DNA of 39,642 nt from an uncultured candidate division Zixibacteria bacterium (GTDB lineage: Bacteria > Zixibacteria > MSB-5A5 > UBA10806), in NCBI GenBank assembly GCA_963801605.1, contig CAWDFP010000004.1:1-39642 (forward strand), written 5' to 3'. The notes beneath the pieces are model-generated. The model was not told where the DNA came from and ran no database searches. It saw only the letters and a list, made by a program, of their open reading frames with translations. The position numbers and the translations under genes were made by a program. Shown here in pieces: positions 32,745-39,642 of this stretch (positions are counted from its first letter, which is position 1; each line of letters opens with the position of its first letter).

Positions 32745-34089
32745 CTACTGCGCATCACTGGCGGCGCCGGCGGCTTTAGGCTGCTCGGGAATTAGAGTTA
32801 TAACGGTCCTCTTGGTATCCACCAGATATTTATTTACAACTCGCATGATATCCTCGGCGGTAACGGCCTGAACTTTGTCGGGGTAGCTGTAGATATTCAT
32901 ATAATCATCGGTATCGATTTCGAAGCTTCCCACCTGGCTGGCACGATCCTCATTGGATACTAAACCATTGATAAATTCGGCTTCCATCTGGTTTTTTGCC
33001 TTTTGCAATTCTTTGGCGGAAACAGGCTACCGTTTTGAGCTTGTCGATCTCCTCATAGATAGCTTTTTCAACATCTTTGATTTCGACTCCGGGAACAGCC
33101 TGCGCTCCCACAAAAAACAGTGAGGGGTTATTGTTAACCATAGCCTCACCCTCGATAAATAGGGCTTTCTGCTCGGTGTAGACGAGACGGTTATAAAGGC
33201 GCGATGATTCGCCGTTGAATAGGATATTTCCCGCAACCTTCAAGGGAACGATATCGGGGTCTTTGCCGGCGGGGATTTTATATCCCGCAAATAGTGCCGG
33301 TAATTGAGCTATACGATGAAAGTCGATTCTCTTTTCTCCAAGTTGTTCCGGCTCGATAGTCTTTACCGGTGGAGGAGTTAATTCGGCCTTTAGAGGTTTG
33401 TAGTACTTTTCCACCAACTTCATCGCATCCTTGGGATCGAAATCACCTGCAATAACCAGGAAGCTATTGTTGGGGGAATAATGAATGTGGTAATAGTCAA
33501 GGCAATCCTCAAGCGTAATGGCATCGATATCGGACCGGAATCCTATCGGCAGCCAGCGGTAAGGATGTGCTATAAAAGCGTTATTGAAAAGCTGTTCATA
33601 TAGGGCGCCGAATGGCGAATTATCGAAACGCCAGAGGCGTTCATTGATGACCACATTACGCTCGGAATTGAGATTTTCCTCGTTGATTTTGAGGTGCCGT
33701 GAGCGGTCGGCCTCCAATGCCACTACGATATCCAGCTTATCTGATGGGATCACCTCATAGTAGGTGGTGTTGTCGAACGCGGTCCAGGCGTTATTGATGC
33801 CGCCGTTACCATATATCAACCGGTCAAATTTATCCTTGGGATAATTATCCGTACCTTTGAACATCAGATGCTCGAACAGGTGCGAGATGCCGGTAATACC
33901 GGGACGTTCGTTTCTGCTGCCAGTCTTGTACCAGGCCTGCAATGTCACCGTAGCCGCCGAATGGTCCGGAATTAGAAGAACCATAAGCCCGTTATCGAGC
34001 GTATGTTTTTCAATCGGGAAAGCCAGTTCGGCTGCCGGTGAGACAGAGGTCAGGACAAGCAAAATTAGGGCGATAAATCTCACAATCAT
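32745..34089 (-). CDS. M16 (pitrilysin-like) zinc peptidase, catalytic subunit (frameshift near 33010)
   Basis: Signal peptide; LDNGL, GISHLFEHLMFKGT (HxxEH), NAWT, ERNVVINER, HPYRW, YSPNN, SSRLY. Confidence 0.92.
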
Positions 34090-34098
34090 GCTTTCCTC

Positions 34099-36476
34099 CT
34101 ATTTTATTTCCAAGTCAAACGGCGCTTTATAATAAAATCCCCCATTTCCTGCATCTTTCAGAAGTTCGCTAAATTGCGATTCCAAACTCTGCACACCAAA
34201 TGAGGGAAGTATGGACATGGCATAAATCGGAAATGATTCTATCTGCAATTCATCTTCGGGATCAATCTCGGCTTTCAAGCGAGCCTGTTCGATCGCCTCC
34301 CAGATGCCGCCATAGGTATCTATAAGACCGCATTGAAGCGCTTGCCGTCCGGTCCAAACCCGCCCTTGCCCAATAGCATCGATAGAATCGGCCTCGAGTT
34401 TTCTCCAAGTGCTGACCTTATTGACAAAATCATTATAGTAATCCCAGAGCATGGTATCGATAAGCGCCATTTCATCGTCGGAGGCGGGGCGATTGGTAGT
34501 CCTGATATCGGCATGCGCTCCTCTCTTTATCGTCTCATTTCTAACGCCGATCTTATCGTAAAAACCGGAGAGATCAGGCTTGCCCATCACCACACCGATT
34601 GAGCCGGTGATAGTCCCAGGAGAGGCTAATATCTCATCGCCGGGACAGGCGATATAGTAACCACCAGAGGCTGCCACGCCTCCCATAGAAACTACGAGCG
34701 GCTTTTTGCCTTTAAGCAATTCCAATTGGCGATAAATTTTCTCTGATGCAAAAACATCGCCGCCGGGCGAGTTCACTCTAAATACAACTGCTTTAATGGA
34801 ACGGTCGTAGCGAATCTTTTTCAAGGTATGAACCAGTGTTTCATCGCCAACAGTTTTTCCCTCGATAAGGCTACTCCCATTTTGACCCTGCATTATGGCG
34901 CCGTTGGCATAAACCACCGCAATCTTTTTAGGTTCGCTCCAGCGGGGATTATAATCCTTGATCGCGTAAAATTCGAGTAAATTAACCTGATTAAGATTCA
35001 TATCCTCGGCATTATCTCCGGCAATCTCATCGAAATGTTTGAGGCCATCGATAAGACCCGCCCGATAGGCCCTTTCTGATGTATAGGGCCCGGAATCTAT
35101 CAGGCTCCTGACTTTCTCAGGCAAAACTCCTACCGGCGGAGATGCCATCGACAAACTGCGCATAGAGATCATCGAGCAGCCAATCGATCTGCTCTCGCGC
35201 AGCGGGGGTTAGGGTTGTATCGGTGTAGGCGTCGCCATAAGTTTTATGCGGACCGGTGTGGACAAATTGCGCTCTGATTCCCAGCTTGTCCATGGTTCCC
35301 TTGTAGAATCTGGCATTAGCCGCTAATCCCTTTAGTTCCAAGAAGGCCGGTCGGATCCATGTAAATTTCATCGGCGGCGGATGCCAAATAGTAATCCGAG
35401 TTGCCCGCCACGCTCATAAAGACCGTTACTTTCTTACCATTGGCTCGAAATGCGGAGATAGCACTTCGGAGTTCCTGAGCCGATGCAAAATCAAGCTTGA
35501 TTCCGTCGAACTTTATGAGTAGGCCTTTGATTCTGGCATCTGTGGCGCCCCTGTGGAGGGCATTGATTACTGAATAAAAAGATTGCTTGCGGCCCCCGAA
35601 AGAGGAGCCTATTCCTGGGCTCTTCGGATATATTGTCACCCAGCTATATCTCCCCCGTTCTGTTTGGACCGGGACAGTCTCGCCGAAACGGACCATACCG
35701 ACTTCCATCGAGTAGGTACCACCAGCCCAATCTTTTTCATTACGCAGCTTTCCCTGGCCGCCGATTCTGGTCGTTTCAAAATCTAAAGTCATACCCATGC
35801 GCCATTGACCCTCGGAACGATATTCTCCTGAGAAGGAAACGCCGTGAAATGGGCCGGCCCCGACACGAACGCTGCTTTTCAGCTTTGAGAGTTCATCTCC
35901 TTCGAGCCAGCGAGCATCGGAGGAGATGGTAAACTTATCGCCGATCGGCCGCAGGGCCACGCCGGGCATGTAGAGACGTTTTTGTTTTATTCCGGCAAAT
36001 TTCGGTTCATTGATTCTATCGAAAACCAACCCCATCGAAACAATTGGGCGAGGCCGAAACATCATACCGAATTTCCAATCTCTTTTCTTATGATAGATTG
36101 GGCTGCCGCTCGAAAACCAGCTATAGGATAGGCCAACGTAGAAATTGGACAATACGCTATCGCCCATAGCCAGCGTATATTTCCGCCTGAAAATACCGCT
36201 GGAATGATTCAACCATTCGATACCGAAGAAGCTTCCTTTTGAGGAAATCATGGCGCCATCATCGCCTTTGTAGCTTGAATCGGTAAAGGTATGGGCATAG
36301 AGGAGACCCATAGAACTCCAGTATCCAAGACCCGCCGGATTTAGCATTCCTGACAGGCTGCGATCTACGGTCGCCACGGATTCAGAAAGATAATCGGCGC
36401 CCTCAACCATCTGCGCCGACACTTGTACGCTGAAAATACTTAAAATAATAAAAACAGCGAGAAAGGCGTATTTCAT
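34099..36476 (-). CDS. sppA: Signal peptide peptidase SppA (tandem S49) with N-terminal beta-barrel-like extension (frameshifted)
   Basis: S49 N-domain (ELRSAISAFRANGKKV, YYLASAADE, HTGPHKT) and C-domain (RVNSPGG, VAASGGYY, TGSIGV, GQGRVWTG). About 270 aa beta-rich N-terminus with LNPAGLG after a signal peptide. Confidence 0.88.
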
Positions 36477-36537
36477 CTCCACTCCTTGAAAAATTCCCTA
36501 TAGATAATAGCAGGCATGAATTGTCGTGGCAAGAAAT

Positions 36538-37686
36538 TTATCTGCCTTCTAACTCGATTACGCCGATACCGCTTATCTTAAGTTCAATCCGGCTACGGCC
36601 ATCGCCGACAAAACCCTCAAGGTGATTGGAATCGATATGCGTCGGCTTGAGAGTCATATCGGAAGCATGGATACGGCCGCCGTTATCGACAATAGCCACA
36701 ATCTGCGACGATAAAGACCGCGGCAATGTCACGTTAATATTATTATAATTATTGTAAATAAAAAGCTGGCTGTCTTCGATAAGGCTAAAATCCGCTTTTA
36801 TCGGAGAATAGCTGGTTTCGATTTTAGATTGTCCGTGAGTCAGGGAACAATCGCTGATTGTAATCGGGCTGAAGGTAGTTTCGCAAATCAGCTCGCCCGA
36901 GACATTTTCGACTTTGATTGGTGAATAGCTTGTCCTAAAGACTATGCTCCCATCGCTCGCCGTGATATCGTTGGCGCTGATTTGCGAATAGGTTGTATAC
37001 GCTTCCACGGGGCCTTTTATATTCGAAAGAGATATTGCCCCGCCAGTATTTTGGAAAATTGCGCTTCCCGTAGAGACCGTGATATCTGCGCCGCTAATAG
37101 CGCCATAACGATTTTCCGCCTTGATACTGCCTTCGATATCGGATAATTCCAACGCCGCGAATGAAGTCGTAATGTCGATAGGACCTTCGACATCCGTAAT
37201 GCTAATCGCAGAAAATGCCGCTTTTAGTACAACTCCCGCAAGCGGCCCGTTAGCCTCCAAACGCATAAATTGAATATCTCCCTCGATTCTCATTTTCTCC
37301 GGAATTTCGATCAAGATGTCAAGTGCGACCTGGTTGTTGGTTCCCTGCCAGGGAGCATCGAGCGGAGTGAGAATGCTAAGAACGGCCCTGTTATCGCCGT
37401 GGTTCTGCAATTTCATGGATATCAAGTCGAGGAAGCGCATCGCCTGGGAATCGCTTCCCGCCCTGGCGGTTTTTTTATAGTTGACCGTAATAGCGCCGTC
37501 ATCATGAGTTACTATGCCTATAGAGCCAGCAAGATTTTTGCACCCGTCAATTTCCAGCACATCCAACCCATCTGTAGAAATAAGCATATTACCTGTCTGG
37601 ATAACAGGCTCAGAAGCCCCTGCGAAGGCCAGGCAAGTCAGAACTGAAAGCAATGTCAGTGCAATAATTCTCATTTTTCGCGACAT
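36538..37686 (-). CDS. DUF4097-like beta-strand repeat (putative adhesin) protein
   Basis: Signal peptide; repeated (T/S)x(F/Y)(S/G/A)xI...(V/I)xG units; IEIPE motif; C-terminal GRSRIELK. Confidence 0.75.
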   Translation of the reverse strand: MSRKMRIIALTLLSVLTCLAFAGASEPVIQTGNMLISTDGLDVLEIDGCKNLAGSIGIVTHDDGAITVNYKKTARAGSDSQAMRFLDLISMKLQNHGDNRAVLSILTPLDAPWQGTNNQVALDILIEIPEKMRIEGDIQFMRLEANGPLAGVVLKAAFSAISITDVEGPIDITTSFAALELSDIEGSIKAENRYGAISGADITVSTGSAIFQNTGGAISLSNIKGPVEAYTTYSQISANDITASDGSIVFRTSYSPIKVENVSGELICETTFSPITISDCSLTHGQSKIETSYSPIKADFSLIEDSQLFIYNNYNNINVTLPRSLSSQIVAIVDNGGRIHASDMTLKPTHIDSNHLEGFVGDGRSRIELKISGIGVIELEGR

Positions 37687-37736
37687 AGTCTCGAATCTCC
37701 TGCTTAATATACGATAACCTGGGGGGGCTGTTGCAA

Positions 37737-38636
37737 CTAAAACTTATTAATTCTTGGGTCGTATATGGCGGCTGAAATGAGGTCGCCGATAGTTTTTAGC
37801 GATGCCGGAGAGCATTTATCGGGCGTATCCTCTTGGGTGTGCCAATAAGGATAGTCGAAATCAATAATGTCGATTGCTTTTATACGATTTGAGAGCAACG
37901 GAATATGATCATCCGAAATAGCGTGTTTTACCGAATCGTTGAAGGCCGTAATGCCTTTCTCTTTGGCGATTTGCCAGATATAATCATTAACGTCCTTAGC
38001 GTACTTTTCCGAGTAAGCCTCGCGGTAGATACCGAGATTGCTATCCCCTACCATATCAAGCAGGATGGCCGCCCGTGGCCTGTAGCCGCCGAGGTTCCTG
38101 GCAAAATAATAGGAGCCTAAAAACCAACCATCTTCACGCCCATTCAAGCCGTAATCTTCACCGTCGAAAAGCACTATATCAACTCCTACAGGTGGCGGGT
38201 TGGCCTTAAAGATTCGCCCCAACTCCAGCAAAACGGCGGTTCCGGATGCTCCGTCATTAGCGCCGATTATGGGCTCATTTCTTCTAAGTGAATCCGGTTC
38301 TTGCTCGGCTCGTGGTCGACTATCCCAATGAGCACATAGTAAAATTCTGCGTTTATTTTCTTTGTTGTAGGAGGCAATAATATTAACAAGATTTAGGGTG
38401 CTACCGGTCAGTGAATCATAATATGTAAACGGTTGCCGACGGCATATATCTGTTGTAGAAGACAGCGACTGGAAAAGAAAGTCGGCGGTCTTGTCATGGG
38501 CCGGAGAATTGGGGGCGCGCGAACCGAACTGGCATTGCGCTATCAGATCACCATACGCCCTGTTGCCATCGAACAATGGCGCCTGTTTCGCTGAACAGGC
38601 ACAAATCAGCAGCATAACGGGCAGGAGCTGTCTCAA
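37737..38636 (-). CDS. M28-family lipoprotein, glutaminyl-peptide cyclotransferase-like
   Basis: Lipobox-like ICAC; AHWDSR, GANDGASG, FDGEDYG, WFLGS, LLDMVG, SDDHIP, YWHT. Confidence 0.88.
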   Translation of the reverse strand: MRQLLPVMLLICACSAKQAPLFDGNRAYGDLIAQCQFGSRAPNSPAHDKTADFLFQSLSSTTDICRRQPFTYYDSLTGSTLNLVNIIASYNKENKRRILLCAHWDSRPRAEQEPDSLRRNEPIIGANDGASGTAVLLELGRIFKANPPPVGVDIVLFDGEDYGLNGREDGWFLGSYYFARNLGGYRPRAAILLDMVGDSNLGIYREAYSEKYAKDVNDYIWQIAKEKGITAFNDSVKHAISDDHIPLLSNRIKAIDIIDFDYPYWHTQEDTPDKCSPASLKTIGDLISAAIYDPRINKF

Positions 38637-39642
38637 AATCTAATCTCCGCAGTTATTCCAAGCTCTCTGATATGGTGCTTACGTTTTTGTATTGTATCGT
38701 TAGAATCATCCCAACGCGCCCTGATGCCGCCAGAGATAGAGCGAGAGAACTGATAATTCATACGCGGTTCGACGACCAGATTGCTTTTTTGGGAATCAAT
38801 GGATTTAATTCCTTCTGAAATTGATTCTGAACGCGTTTTCTTAACAGTAATATCGAGGTTCATGGAAAGCTGGCTGTTGAACTTGACCCTCTTCAATATC
38901 GGTAATTTCATGCCCTTGGGAGCAGCAAAACTATAGCTCAGCGAAAGCTTTAGCGTATTCTCAAAACCATAGGTATCGCGATTGGTTTGGCCTATACCGC
39001 GCAGATTCAGCGAAATAGTGTTGCTTTTATCATATCGCAAGGACACTTTAACGCTGTTTTTTAGCGTGATATTAATAGCTGCCAGCGGAGTCCAAAGCTT
39101 CGAGGTATCTCTTTTATATTTGATGCCGGTATCGGCTTCGCCATTTTCGTCGACCTTTCTGGTGTATGTCGATTGCAGGCCTACGGATGTTGAAAACTTC
39201 TTGAAGATGATAAGTTTTTCAAGCCCCGAAAGGGTCAGCGAAATATCGGGAAATGTGGTAGATTTGGCGGCAATTGGCTCTGTCGAGCTTCTGGTGACAC
39301 TTTTGCGAAGAGTGTAGCCGGTATTTATATCAATTCCATGACCGGGCTGAAAGCCGGAATCCAGTTCATAGGTATCTGTGAAAACAGATTGGTTAAGGGC
39401 TCCGAGCGAGGTAGTAGATTTAACTCTCGAGTTATGCCTTTCAGATAATCCGAACATATACTCCCAGCGCGGACGATCGAGTAAGCCCTGCACTCCCAGT
39501 CTCTTATCTTTAAGATATGAGCCTCGAACCGGTTTAATACTCCTAAAAAATCCGGTAAATTTATGATAGACCCAGGCCGGGGAACCAATACCAGGGCCTC
39601 CCGGAGATGCTTTCTCCTCTTTATCTTCTCCCTTCGTCTTTC
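38633..39642 (-). CDS. sprA: C-terminal part of a large outer-membrane beta-barrel, probably T9SS translocon SprA (5' end beyond window)
   Basis: The frame extends upstream of the tracked ORF to about the window edge. Amphipathic beta strands, RPRWEYMFG, WTPLAAINIT, YQFSRSISGG, terminal ...AEIRF. T9SS cargo genes occur in the same window. Confidence 0.7.
   Translation of the reverse strand, partial: KTKGEDKEEKASPGGPGIGSPAWVYHKFTGFFRSIKPVRGSYLKDKRLGVQGLLDRPRWEYMFGLSERHNSRVKSTTSLGALNQSVFTDTYELDSGFQPGHGIDINTGYTLRKSVTRSSTEPIAAKSTTFPDISLTLSGLEKLIIFKKFSTSVGLQSTYTRKVDENGEADTGIKYKRDTSKLWTPLAAINITLKNSVKVSLRYDKSNTISLNLRGIGQTNRDTYGFENTLKLSLSYSFAAPKGMKLPILKRVKFNSQLSMNLDITVKKTRSESISEGIKSIDSQKSNLVVEPRMNYQFSRSISGGIRARWDDSNDTIQKRKHHIRELGITAEIRF

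Noticed and set aside
1..39642. CRISPR array, rRNA, tRNA or alternative genetic code
   Set aside because: No regularly spaced direct repeats or RNA gene signatures seen. The gene breaks I examined are frame changes, not in-frame stops at conserved positions.

Overview
Chromosomal window from a bacterium that looks like FCB superphylum (possibly candidate division Zixibacteria; inferred from SprA, YPNPFN-type T9SS C-terminal domains, FCB-type long SecA and a stand-alone GlmU N-domain). Many genes, including essential secA, are broken by 1-nt indels. These are best explained as long-read consensus errors, so I joined the ORF pieces into genes. Housekeeping genes: rho, rsfS, panD, secA, dusB, larB, larC, etfA and an ADP-forming acyl-CoA synthetase. 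The right end is an export/proteolysis gene run: sprA, M28 glutaminyl-cyclase-like lipoprotein, DUF4097 protein, SppA carrying an N-terminal FadL/PorV-like barrel, and an M16 peptidase pair. There is a Ser/Thr signalling cluster (double FHA, metallophosphoesterase, CHASE2-kinase), two T9SS cargo proteins, and two AT-rich islands with HEPN-like proteins. Notable non-coding structure: a GIY-YIG gene bracketed by perfect 33-bp inverted repeats, a perfect four-way-junction element at 1529-1609, a REP-like hairpin, an FNR/HcpR-like box and a sigma28-like promoter. No rRNA, tRNA or CRISPR array was recognised.
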